The notes under the pieces are model-generated. The model saw nothing but the letters and a program-made list of their open reading frames with translations. It was not told the origin of the DNA and did no database searches. Below are positions 45,581 to 58,474 of a DNA stretch of 64,000 nt, one piece after another (positions within the stretch are counted from its first letter, which is position 1; every line of letters starts with the position of its first letter). The DNA comes from the human T2T-CHM13v2.0 reference genome, Homo sapiens. The stretch lies in assembly GCF_009914755.1 (NCBI RefSeq), contig NC_060934.1. One strand, given 5' to 3'. The position numbers and the translations under genes are program-made.

Positions 45581-46870
45581 GTCTAAAATTTCGACTACTC
45601 AGTATTCATAAACAAGTTTGTATGCTTAGGAAATCTTCCAGATGCCCACGTTGGCAACAGTGTATTCCCACCCAACGTTACACAACTCTGCCTCATACAA
45701 ATAAAACACATTTCCCCTCTTCCCAAAGAAAAGACCCAAATCCCATCAAAAGCTGTATCCATCCCTGATGATCATTCTTTTCTCTAGTTCAGTCATAAAC
45801 CTATCTTGCTATCCTATAACCCAAATTAAATTACAGTTAACCACAACCTCAAAAAAACAGAATGAAGAACAGAGAAGAGAAAATACAAAATTGGTTAATA
45901 CATACATTTGTACAATGCAAGGAGAAAAATATGTGCAGCTATTATGATAGTCCTCAGTCCTGCAACAGGTCATAAAAACACAGTTGGTATTTATAATTTC
46001 CTTCGTTCATTACCAATTGTATGGATCAATTCACTCTCAGTCAGCAACTCAGTGGTAAGAGTTGTACGTCTGGCAGACTGACCCAAGTCTTCTCCCTAAG
46101 TGCCCATGTCCTTCCTGGTTTTGCCTGTATTGAGTTGTATGGTTTTCCATTCATCTTTTCTATTGGACCTAGAGATTCTAGGAGACACCCCAGGGAATTC
46201 TCTGAATTATAAATACTCCTTCCTATCTTTGATATGCCCCAGTAACTCCATTTCTGCTTGATAATCAAGGTCCATCAGCCAAGCTAGAGCAGTAAACCTC
46301 TTCTTTGTCTATCAGTTCAGTAGCATGAGAAACCCAAAGTAGCGTCAAGTGGCTAACTCACCATTTAGTTCAGTGAAACCATTGTTGTGTCTTTGGTGGA
46401 AGTAGCCCTGCATTGGGAAATGAGGTGCTTAACCCAGCAGAGGTCAAATATGTGGGAATGGGGAGCAAAATGTTTTCAAGTGAATAATTAGATATAATCA
46501 TAAAAGAAGCCACTTCCATGTCACATCTTTGACTCCCTGATGCTCCTATTTAATCTTCAGGGAGCTGGCACCATCACGTAGGACTGCCCCCAATATCACT
46601 GGGTGTTATCTTTCAGCAGATGCATAAGTGAGTTTTCAGTGGACCATCCAGCATTGCATAAGGTGTTTGGAAAATATGGTAAGATTCATAAATCTTAGAA
46701 CAGTGAGCCCATTGTCACATTTATTTTTAATATAAAGTGAGTTCTTTGGGTAGAAGGAATGTTGAGTGAAATACAATGACAAAGAACATTTACTATAAGC
46801 ATATGGATGGTGACTGTAGCAGAAGCACTTGGAGAGGGGAAATCCATAGCTTGAATGAGATTATTTTCTA
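45581..46870 (-). mobile_element. ERVL internal remnant (integrase to 3' region)
   Basis: ORF 46041-46268 (NSLGCLL..PIEKMNGK..KTWVS) resembles the ERVL post-integrase region; gtgagcccattgtcac...tataagcatatggatggtga is a reverse integrase segment. Confidence 0.75.
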
Positions 46871-47517
46871 TGAGTTACATATAGTAGAGTAGGTACAAGC
46901 AGGTCATGGGAAAATTTCGTGAGCTCCAACTGCAGAATGCCCACTCATAGATTTGACAGTCAGCTGGCACGCAGAAGTCTGGCCATGTCTAATGTGAAAA
47001 TATTTAAATACCTGGGTACTGGATAGTAAACAGTACTTCCCTGAGCCCCTTAACCCTTTCCTTCTCTGAACTCCCAGGCTGCCCTGGGTTCCTCCTTTCA
47101 GATCCAGGCAGCAGGGTAAGCAAAAATGTAAATGATCTGCTTTTGTTATGGTATAATAACACTGTTATTGTTATCTTAGGGATAAAAAAAAAGAGAATAC
47201 AGCTCAGGAATTTCACTTTTGCTCACACATGATCCCTGGCATTCCAAAATCAGTTTAGATGGAAACCTCCTTCATATTGAATAGTAACGTTGGTAGTTTT
47301 TCCTGCTCTGTCTGTATATCTTGTGAATACATAGAACTCCTCACCATATTTTGTTTGATAAACTAACATTTTGTAAATTATGCTTTGATTTGAAACTTTT
47401 TCTCTGAGTTCCAACCTGAGACTGAGGCTCAGGACTTGACTTTACCTTTTCTGGGCTTGTCCTATCCCACGTTAATGAGGTTGTGGAAAGGAAGGGGAGG
47501 GATGTTTTATGGCTGGC

Positions 47518-47876
47518 TGTCTTAGTTTGGGCTGCCATAACAAAGTACCATAGACTGGGTGGCTTTAATAAAAGAAATGTATTTCTCATAGTCCTGGAGG
47601 ATAGATGACTGAGGTCAGGGTACCAGCATGGTTGGGTGCTGGTGAGGGCTCTCTTCCTGTTGCAAACTGCCAAGTTCTCATTGTATTCTCACACGGCAGA
47701 TAGAGAGCAAGAGAGCTCTTTGGGGTCCGTTTTATAAGGGTACTAATGTCATTCATGAAGGCTCCACCATCATAAACTATTCACCTCCCAAATGCCTCAC
47801 CTCCTAATACCATCACATTGGGGTCAGAATTTCAATATATAAATTTTAGGAAGACACAGACATTCAGTTCATTGCA
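47518..47876 (-). mobile_element. MLT1A-type solo LTR
   Basis: tgtcttagtttgggctgccataacaaagtacc...cattcagttcattgca; perfect TSD ctggc (47513-47517, 47877-47881). Confidence 0.92.
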
Positions 47877-49744
47877 CTGGCTTTCTTGTCAGGCTCTCCC
47901 TCCAGAGCAAGACAATGGTGAATTGGCAGGTAGGTTCATCATTCACTTCTCACCATGCCCCTTTCTGCTTACACACACACACACACACAAACATATCTTC
48001 CAGAGAACTTCCCAGTCCTCGTGTATATGCTGCCATCGTACCCTGGCTTACAGCAGAGTCATGGAGTTTATTCTCCTGTAGAATCATCTTGCCTCAGTGG
48101 GAAAGTAGGGGAGGGAAGGAATGAGTCCTACAGGTGAGGCTGCCATGTCTGTCTCAAAGAGTCCTTGATGAAGTTTATTTAAAAACGTATAATATTCTGA
48201 TAATAAAAGTAATACCTGGACATAGAAAAAAGTATAGCATAAAAATACGTAGGAAATAAAACTTTCCCTTATTCTTATTCTCGTCTCCAGTGATAGCTCT
48301 TAGCATCAGTTTTACATCATAAACACACACACACACATATACATATACATGTATATACACTATATCATAGTAATTTATTGGTATATTTACCAAGGAGAAT
48401 ATTAGTATACAGTTGCACATTTTTAAATTTAATAATATATTTATTTATTCCTACAGATAATCTTATTCTTTTAAACAGTGTTATAGTATGCAGTGTAATT
48501 TATCTAAATCAATGCAGTATTAATAGATATCTAGTAGTTTATACATTTTGCTTTTTGATATCTGTGTACATGTGATAAGGTAGAAATGTCATCTTTTCCC
48601 CTTTGGGTCTTAGACTCTTCTCAGGGGCTAGCAAAATATAGGGGCCACCTAAATGTATGGATTCATCAATGTGCTTAGAAAGCTAGATTTGCTTAAGGGT
48701 GTTAACTCAGAATCATTTTAAAGCAAAACAGGTTTCTTTATTTTTATTTGGAGAAGAGAAAATTGAAGTGTGTGGTGTTGATGGGTGCAGTTTGTGTACT
48801 GTTATTCCTTAAATTAATGTCTAGCTCTTTAAAGAATGCACCTATCTATAAAGCACACTAAAATTAACCTTTATTTTTGTCTTCAAAGAAAATAATCTGC
48901 ACAATGATATTTCAACTGAACACATGAACACACACACCGCAGAAGTTTCAACTACTTAGGTTAGAAAGGTTTTTATACTCTACTTGTAATAACTAAATTT
49001 TTGGGCACTGAACCATTGCATCATCAATTTTCATTTCTTTTTATTTTACTTCGAGATGGCCTGGTTCTAAGTTGACCAAGTCGCACATTTAAAATAATTA
49101 GAAGTTTCATATCGCAGAAGAAAAATACTCTTTTCTCCACCTTGGAGTGTGTCCTTTTCTCCATTCATTTATCACCATAATACTGAAAAAAATAGTAAAC
49201 CAAAGCAGCGTTTCACATCTACCCTTCTTGCTTCAAACATCCAAAATGCAACTTTTGAGTATACCTGAGCTTCTGCATGTACTCTTGGAAGAGGCATTAA
49301 AATAATTAAATATTCTCGAAATTGCATTTATAAATAATGTTTGTATATTTGTAATCTTTTAAGAGTACTTTATGCTGGAAAGGTGCCAGAATACAACAGT
49401 TTGTACAAATGACAAACCAAGGTGAAGGAAGAAAAGCATGTGCTGATAAAAGGAAACATCACTTATTTGAAGACAGTAGGTGATGCCCATTGGTCTTAGT
49501 GAGGTCGCACTAGCCTGTGACTGCTCTTCTTCTGCAATCTACACTTCCTACACCCTTCACTTCCCATCTCTACCAATTTTTCCTGTAGATACATTGCACC
49601 CATACGTATTTCTCCAATTGCAAGTGATGAAGACCTGAGAATATCCAGGCACAAAGAATTAAGTGGCGGCTATCTTGCAGGGAGAACTCGTTGTTGGGTT
49701 TACTTTGCTCCTTACAGAAAATTAAGAAAGTATTGATTGCATAT

Positions 49745-49990
49745 GGAGATCGAGATCATCCTGGCGAACACAGTGAAACCTTGTCTCTACTAAAAATACA
49801 AAAAAATTAGCCGGGCATGGTGGCAGGCGCCTGTAGTCCCAGCTACTCAGGAGGCTGAGGCAGGAGAATGGCATGAACCTGGGGGGCGGAGCTTGCAGTG
49901 AGCGCAGATTGCGCCACAGCACTCCAGCCTGGGCAACAGAGCTAGACTCCATCTCAAAAAAAAAAAAAAAAAAAAAGCAAAAGAAAAAAT
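49745..49990 (+). mobile_element. AluY, 5'-truncated
   Basis: Starts ggagatcgagatcatcctggc; agaatggcatgaacc...ggagcttgcagtgag; long A tail. Confidence 0.93.
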
Positions 49991-51118
49991 AAAGAATGCC
50001 CTTCCCCACCTGCAACCCAGCAACATCATTGCTTTGAGAATGCACAGGATGCTTGAAGAGAATCTGTTGCAGTTCTATTGCTTCACACATAGTGAGACTG
50101 AGGCCCAAAAGCTGAATAATGTTAACTGCTTGGTCACAGCAAGCTGAGGGCAGAGCTGGAGTCTCCCATCTCCCACTTCAGTGCTGATATTTACAGAGCG
50201 TGTTCAAAATGATCAGCAATGACCACAACCTTGAATCTGGGTTTGGAATGTGCCTTATATCTCAGTGTTGCTATTCCTGATCTTCTAAGAATTCACCTTA
50301 AATGAAATAATCAAACCACACAGCAAAGACCTCATCTAACGGGATATTGAGAATTGAAAAAAAAAATTCACTTTTTTACTTTCTCATTGCAACAGCTGTT
50401 GAACTCTTCCTACAGTTATGTTGTCATTGAATATCCAAGTATTCTCTCTGCTGCATGACAGTTTCATTGTCTGGATATGCTAAAATGTTTCAACAATGAT
50501 AATTAGGAAGTTTGTTGTAAATTCTTTTAAATAATTGAAAAAAGATATTCTAAGGAGAATCTGTAATAAGTTAGAAGGTAAGGTGACTGCTTTACCTACG
50601 ATGACCATTTAATTTTTGGTTATATGGAGAGTTGGAAAAACTGGGATGATGGGATCAAAAGGCCCTCCTTGAAGGTAGAATGTTTTATCTCCTGTCAGTG
50701 CATCTTCCTAGTTCTTTATTGGAGAAAAAAATACATGGGTATCTTAACAGTACACCTATTGCTGCCTGAAATGCACATTATTTACCACATGAAGATAAAT
50801 ATTGATGTGAAGGAATTCAATGTTTGTTTGCAACAATACCAAAAGTTGTTTCAGGAAGTGGATTCCCACATAATGACACATCTAGGAGGCCAGATTGAAT
50901 GCTATGATCTAGGGACAGGCATTACATCTCGAGGTGCAATGATCTAAAGACACAAGAAATGTTGGCCATTTCAGCAGGTGCAAGATTTTCAGTAACAGGA
51001 CCAGTGCTGCTGGCCACAAGAACTTTCCTCAGTGATAGAAATGTTTTATGTCTGTGTATCTAGCACAATAGAGACACTTGCCACATATGGCCATGGGCAC
51101 TTTAAAAAATGCTAAATT

Positions 51119-51421
51119 GGCTGAGTGAAGTGGCTCACATCTATAATCCCAACACTTTGGGAGGCCAAAGCAGAGCGTGGCTTGAGCCCAGGAGTCTGAG
51201 ACCAGCCTGGGCAACATGGAAAGACCCCATCTTCACAAAAAATTAAAAAATTTAGCCAGCTGTGGTGTTATGCACTTGTAGTCCCAGTTACTCTGGAGAC
51301 TGAGATGGGAGGGCTGCTTGAGGTCAGAAGGTCAAGGCTGCAGTGAGCCGTGTTCATGCCACTGCATTCCAGCCTGGGTGACAGAATATAAGAGACCCTG
51401 TCTCACACAAAAAGAGAAAAA
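51119..51421 (+). mobile_element. AluJ
   Basis: ggtcaaggctgcagtgagccgtg J-type right arm. Confidence 0.93.
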
Positions 51422-51424
51422 AGA

Positions 51425-52320
51425 ATGGCTAAATGGATAAAATGTGACACATATACACAATGAAATATTATTCAGCTACAAAAAAAATGAGATCCTGTCA
51501 TTTGTAACAACATGGATGGTGAGATGGTTTGGCTTTGTGTCCCCACCCAAATCTCATCTTGAATTGTAATCCCCAGGTGTTGTATAGACCTGGTGGGAAG
51601 TGTAGATTATGGGGGCAGTTCCTTTCATGATGTTCTCATGATAGTAAATAAGTTCTCATGAGATCTGATGGTTTTATAAATGGTAGTTTTTACTGCACTC
51701 TCATGCTCTCTCTCGCCTGCCACCATGTAAGATGCGCCTGCTTCCCCTTCAACCATGATTATAAGTTTCCTGAGGCCTCCCCAGCCATGTAGAACTATGA
51801 GTCAATTAAACCTCTTTCCTTTGTAAATTACCCAGTGTCAGACAGTTCTTTGTAGCAGTGTGAGAATGGATTAGTACAGATTGTCCTGGAGGAAGTTATG
51901 TTAAGTGAAATAAGCCAGGCACAGAAAGACAAATATTGTATGTTCTCACTCATATGTGCAAAATAAAAATTGAAACGACTGAATTCATGAAGATAGAATG
52001 GTGGTTACCAGAGGCTGGAAAGGGTAGCAGAGAGGGAGGGGCAAAGTGGGATGGTTAATTAGTGCAAAAATATAGTTAGAATGAATAAGGTCTAGTATTT
52101 GGTAGCACAACAGGGAACTACAGTCAACAATAATTTTTAACTTAAAAAACTAAAAGAGTAAAATTAGAATTTTCCTTACACAAAGAAATCATGGTGATGG
52201 ATACCCTAATTACTCTGATGTGATTATTACACATTGTATGCCTGTATCAAAATGTCACAGGTATCCCATAAATATATACAACTATTATGTATCCATAATA
52301 ATTAAAAATATACTTAAAAA
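51425..52320 (+). mobile_element. L1MA3/4-type 3' end split by THE1
   Basis: gatcctgtcatttgtaacaacatggatg | ctggaggaagttatgttaagtgaaataagccaggcacagaaagac...tatccataataattaaaaat. Confidence 0.9.
51520..51878 (+). mobile_element. THE1 (C/D-type) solo LTR
   Basis: tgagatggtttggctttgtgtccccacccaaatctcatc...ttagtaca; TSD gatgg/gattg. Confidence 0.92.
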
Positions 52321-52599
52321 AATTCAAAGTGACTAGTACAACTGAGTAACTGAATTTTTATTTAATTTTTATAAATTTAAATTAAAAAGCCACACATGGT
52401 TAGTGGATACCAAATTGGTTCATGCAGTTCTAGAGCACAGAGGAGTGCTTAAGAGTGAAAAAAAGTGACTTGGAATAAGTCATGATAGGAAATATAGACT
52501 TTGTCCTCTGGGGAACAAAGAGTAAATTGAAAATGCCTGAGGGTTCAGGGCCCTGAAATTGACATAAAGGATAAGGTCGGGAGCACATGGACTGTAGCT

Positions 52600-53620
52600 C
52601 ACTGCCTGAGATTAGAGGACACAAGGCAAGGATGGGTGCAAGAGAAGCTATAATTTATAAAGGGAAGGAGAAAATTTGAGGAAAGTCGTATCAGATAGAT
52701 TCAATTTTCGCCAAGTAGCAAGAGACCAGTGGGTCTACTGAAGTGGAGGGAATGAAAGAGCAGAGTGGTGGGAAGATGTGGAGAGAATACGGTTGTTCTG
52801 AAATGACTGGGGAGTGGCCAATAATAAGGGACCTCCTGGTGGTAAGACAGAGGGCACAGCTGGAATTGAAGATAGTGGGTTTGAAATGGTTCCAAACTGC
52901 AGTTCCAGAAGCTCATTTATCTGGGTATGGAGAAAATGTATTGTTATAGGTCCAGGGTTGGAGTTCCCCAAACAGTCACTGCAGAAGTCCTGGGTGCAAA
53001 AAAATTGAGAAAGCTGGCAAGGAATTACTTTAGATTATAATACGAGGTTACCAACCTACGTCACCAACCTAGAAGAGCAAGTTAGGTCAGAGAGTAAAAA
53101 ATTTGAGCTGAAGACTTCAGAGGCACAAATGTGACCCCTAGATCCATGATGTGGCCATGCTAATAGATGGCTGAAAAGGGCTAGAGGTGGATGTCATTGG
53201 CGATGAGGTGCTGGATGGCCATCCACATTAACAATGAACAATATGGCAAGACTTGGGAGAGAGGAGGAATGGGAGCCAGATGTAATTAATAAATAAAGAG
53301 TTAAGACCTCAGAAATGAACCTCAAGAAGAAGGAGTAAGTGTCCTAGAAAGAGTAGGATGGCATGAGCATTAAAATGTGGGCATTTTTACATGAAGGCAG
53401 AGAAATAATGCCACCTCTACCTTTGGACCGCAGAACAGCGCTGGGGTCTCCGTGCGCAGTCTCCCATGGCTAGGGCTGTGGGAAAGCAGTGTCCTTCAGA
53501 GTAGAGGTGGATTTCAGTTAACGAAGGCAATGGAGCAAGTGTTCAGTGACTAAGTGAATGTTACTAGGAAGCTTATTTACTGGGTATGGAGAGTTCCAGA
53601 GAGCCCATGGGTGATATAGC
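52600..53620 (-). mobile_element. L2 internal remnant
   Basis: Purine-rich reverse L2 ORF pattern (gtggatgtcattggcgatgaggtg; ggccatccacattaacaatgaa). Confidence 0.55.
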
Positions 53621-53869
53621 AGCAAAGGGCATCCTTGAGGCTATAGAGGAAGAAGTCAGCTAGAGAAATTATAGCAAAGGGACACAGCAAGGTCTTTTAC
53701 GGTGTGACAAATTTGTTAATAGGATATATAGTCATTTTTGCTGACTTTCAGAATGGTTTAGAAAAAAGTAAATAGATTGTGGACCCTAAAACCCTATCAC
53801 CAGCTAGCTACGGGAAAAACAGTCTTTACTACAAATATGGGATGACCAGGTCTAGAACTTGACTTTCTT

Positions 53870-54075
53870 TCTCATCTATTAATAGAACATGATGACCGTG
53901 TATTCAGAAAGGAAAGGTGCAATGGAAAAGGCTTGTTGATCTAATTTTCTGAATGTCTTTAGAAACAGAATGAATTCTCATTAGTCTGGGACGATTCAGG
54001 TGTGACTGTCTACCTGAAAGAGAAGGATAAATTACATTGCCTTACAAATGCTTTTACATCCTAATGATTTCTGTA
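53870..54075 (+). mobile_element. L3/CR1 3' end relic
   Basis: ttctgaatgtctttagaaacagaat...ggataaattacattgccttacaaatgcttttacatcctaatgatttctg resembles the CR1 tail. Confidence 0.5.
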
Positions 54076-56399
54076 AATCTAAGCTAAATTAGCTGAGATT
54101 CTTGAGTATTATAAAGGTAGTGGAATATCACTACATTAGAGCTCATGAGAGCTCATGGCGCCCTTATTTTATAAACTTAAAACAGGTGGTCCAGCGATAG
54201 ATGTTTTCTAATCTCTAAATTGAATAATATGGAATCAAGTTTGGTTAAACATTGAACATGCTGCCTTTATAGGAAAGAATAAAATACATTGAAAATGGAA
54301 TTGTCCCAGAGAAGTCTAAGATATATGTCTACTATACTTATAAATGAGAATAATTTATCAGGTGGATATTTCAGTAACCATGTCTTTTTAAATATATTTA
54401 AAAAATTCTAATCTAGGACATAGAATGTCTCAGTGAGTTCCAGTGGAGTTATCCAAATCCAACAAATGAAAGATAAAACCCTTATTGAATAATTTAGACT
54501 TTTCTCCACTTTAAGGTGCTTTGGCTTGACACTGGTTCCTTGTTTTATTCAACTGCTCAGAAACGCATAATCTCATTTAAATTGAAGAAGCCATTGAAAA
54601 TAAGTTGGCTCTACTTCCAGAATTGTAACTAAAAGAAAATTCTTTCTTCTGCAAATGATAAAGAATTTTCAGCATGTTTATCCACAGCTAATCCTATTCC
54701 TTTGGGTACAATGTGGTGCTGCACATTGAAACGTTATAAGAGCATTACCCCGCTAGGCAATAAACATGCTTTAAGAGCTTACTGGTAGTATGCTGACTCA
54801 AAGCAGAAATAATAATATCATCATTTTAAGTTGTCACATCTTCATTCTCCTTTCTAAAGACCCTTGCAGGTTTTTCAAGGTCTTTTGCCCCTCCATGACA
54901 GTTTGCTTTTGTAAGAGGCTGGTCTCAGAATTCAGATTTGTTCCATGATCTTAAAATACAGCAAAGCAAAAAAGCAAGTAAACCTTGATATTTATTTGAA
55001 ATTTCCTGAGGTGAAGACTTCTTGGTCAAAAGATCAAGTAAGCCTCTTATTACTGGTGGCATACTGGAGTCACCTACAGGGTGTTTTGGGAACTGCCTGT
55101 GACATAGAAACTACTTTTTGTTGGGAAGAAGTTTAGTTGGGGCTGTGGGAAATAAAAGAGAAGAAAAATACAAATGTGAGAGGGTAATGAGAGGGTAGAA
55201 ACCCCACTAGAGCCAAAAGTGGGCCACATAGGCAGGGCCAGAGCTAGATTAGGGGTTTCTGAGACTAGGGCTGTGGGAACAGAAGATGATTTCCCACTAC
55301 ATCTGGAATTGGTGGAAAAGGGAGGCTTGAAGTATGAATTCTTGGAAACTTGGGAGCTTTTTCTGAAGTTCCTAGATATTAAGAATGGGAGTCAGATGTC
55401 TTGATTGTGAGGACACCGTGGGGTTCCCTGAGCTCATAACTACTCCATCTTACTATTTTTTAAATTCCCTCTTCCCTATAGAGACTCTGGTAAATCCTTT
55501 AAGAGTGAATTTGGTCCATGAGTTTATTTTGAGACCAGTGAAGAAGGGACAAGCTAGGGAAAGAGAATCTTCAGCTTTCAGGTTTGGTGTATCAGGGAAC
55601 AGAGGGTACCCAGCAGGAGCAGGCTTCTTTAAAGAAGATAGAACTCAGGGGGCCTCAGGTGACCTCAGAGGGGCTCCTCCCAGAAAGCCAGCCAAGAAGC
55701 CCCTCAGGAGTTTGGGACGGCCACCTTGGCCAGGCAGTGGCCGGGAGAATCACTGGATTGGGAGGATCTTTGAGTAGCTGTAGTTCTGGGGGTCAGAGTC
55801 AGCCACTCTGGGTGGAGCCATGGAAGAATTCATGGGGTGTGTTTAGTCTCCATCTCTTCAATCTTTCATCTTGAATTAATACACTGCACTCCTGTCTCAT
55901 TGACATTTAAAAGCTGTTAATCCCTAACAGCTCTCTATTATCCTCCAAATATGGTCCAGACTCCTTGACAATAAGTTCATGGCCAACTTAAGCCCACTGC
56001 CATTTCCTGATGAGGCATCCTATTTCCTGCTCTGTGTGTTGTAAGCCCCCAGGAATTCCATTTTTGTTCTGCCACAGCAGGATCCTAGCTTCATGGCTCT
56101 CCCCTTCCTAGTCTTGTCTCCCTGGGTCAATTGGAGTATGACAGGTCTTTTGCTGTACAGAAAGCCACTGAGTTTCATTCTTGTTGTGTATCCAACTTAT
56201 TTTCTACCTAAGCAGTTTCAAGAGAGGCATGAGGGACTCTTTCTGATGCTCTGTGTTTTTGTGTGATGGGAAGAGGAGGAATGTGGGAAAGCATGGGAGA
56301 TAGGAGGCTGCACACAATCCTTTCACTTCCCATTGTCATCATGACCTTCCATCCCTTTTGCTTTCTGTTATGTGATTACAAAATCTCACCTCTTCCCTT

Positions 56400-56495
56400 T
56401 GGGTTCCCCCAGGCAGGGATTGAATCTTATTTAAATTTGTAGCTCCCAAGTCTAGCATGGACCCTAGAACTCAGTACATATTCATTGAGTGAATT
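56400..56495 (+). mobile_element. L2 3' end
   Basis: ggcagggattgaatctta...tgtagctccc...ctcagtacatattcattgagtgaat. Confidence 0.65.
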
Positions 56496-57170
56496 ACAAT
56501 TGGAATTCTCTTCCACTCTCACAACATACAATGAGTGACATTGCTCAGTGACATTCTCCATCAAGTCGCCATCTGAGGCTTACAAGTTGACATTGATGAC
56601 CTGTCAATGCTTAATTATAGGTATCTTTGGTATAATCCTAGAAAGTTTGGCCCTAGAGGAAAAAGAACCTGGTGAGACATACCAGAGGATATTGACACAG
56701 CTTGTAATGGATTTAGTGCATCCTTTTCTCTAGTCTTCTTGTGTTGAAATTGCCATATGACCCAGGCACTAAAGGCTTCCAGATAAAATGGATGCATTTC
56801 TCTTTACTGGGGATCAGATCCTACTTTAAAAGGCCTAGCTCCTTTAAGACCCCAAAGGACGAGCCCTAGGAGAAGAGCTGACTGGGGAAGCCTGAACTGC
56901 CTAGCTGAATCACCAATTGCTTCAAGCTTTCAACTGACTTAAGCCTCTCCTGGAGCTTGCTTCAGACCTGGCCTTCTGACTCTGGGGAAGTCACAACTCT
57001 CATTGCATCTTGCCCAGGGAGGTTGCCATGGGTCTTTACCCATGACTGGGCCTCAGATATGCCCCATTCAGTAGTAGTCCCCATCCTTGTGTTTAGCCTA
57101 GACCAGTCTCAGACCTGCCAGCGTCTTGTCCCCTGAACAGCTCAGCCTGGCCTTGTTTCTTGCATAGACC

Positions 57171-57921
57171 AGTGCTGATCATGATCCTGAAACATCAAAT
57201 TCCAAAAGACACAATCCCAAATGCCATAATCCTGAATGTTGAAATCCCAAAAGAGCAAAATCCCTAAAGATCAAATCCCTAAAGTCTAAATACCCCTAAC
57301 AACTAAAATCTTTAATGTCTAAAATCACACTCCTGAAAGATTAAAATCCATAATATTGAAATCATGAAAGCCATATTCTGCAGAAGGGATTAGTGTGTTT
57401 TCAACAGTATGAAGGATAGTTGCATCATATTAGGCAGAACTATTAACTTGTTTTTGTCTTTACTTGGAAATCGTGGTTTAAGGAGATGCATGTGGGTGCC
57501 AACTGATAAAGGATGAACTTGTGGACTTAATTTAGGTGTCAACTTGACTGGGTTAAGAAATACCTAGTAGGTATTATTTTGGTTGTGTCTGTGAGGACTT
57601 TTCCAGAGATTAATGCATGAGTCTGAGTGGGCTAGGCTGGGAAGATCTGCCCTCAATGTGGGTGTGCACCATCCAATCTGCTGGAGGTCTAAGGAGAACA
57701 TACAGAAGGCAAATTGGTCTCTCTCTAAGAGCTAAGACAGACTTTTCTTCTGCTACGTTGGATATCAGAACTACAGGCTTGCCAACATAGTTATTATTGG
57801 CGCTGCAAAAGCAGAAAATTGCTTCATTGCAATGGCTGAGGAATAACGAACCAGACTTTCAAATGGCCAATGTATACTTACAAAATGTGTAGACCACATC
57901 CGCCCTCCAAATACAAGTGCA
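57171..57921 (+). mobile_element. Ricksha (MULE-MuDR) left part, with captured ERVL 3' end/MLT2 LTR and a transposase fragment
   Basis: Repetitive TIR (aatccc(a/t)aa)n at 57171-57375; ERVL PPT plus MLT2 start tgtggacttaatttaggtgtcaacttgactgg at 57520; YYWRCKSRKLLHCNG at 57792. Confidence 0.82.
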
Positions 57922-57935
57922 TATATGGTATTCTA

Positions 57936-58312
<377 letters not shown>

Positions 58313-58474
58313 GTGCTCACAAACATCAGTTTTCTGGTGAAATCAGGTGAAACTAACATCAATGTCATCAGAAGACAGCATTTACTGAGTCCTTTTTATG
58401 GACCATATCTCACATTTTGTAACCCATTTTTTTTTTCTTCCTAACAACACTCTGAGGCCAGTGCTATGAGGTGC

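Larger units (their letters stand above)
51002..52427. mobile_element. MER3 (hAT-Charlie MITE) split into 51002-51114 and ~52325-52427
   Basis: agaactttcctcagtgatagaaatgttttatgtctg...gccacatatggc | ctagtacaactgagtaactgaattttt...agccacacatggttagtgg. Confidence 0.8.

Noticed and set aside
50624-50947. 107-aa ATG-initiated ORF in unique DNA
   Set aside because: No homology recognised, no splice or promoter support; compatible with chance
57171-57375. CRISPR-like or satellite-like short repeat array
   Set aside because: Irregular 13-15-bp subrepeats without spacers; explained as the Ricksha terminal repeat in eukaryotic DNA
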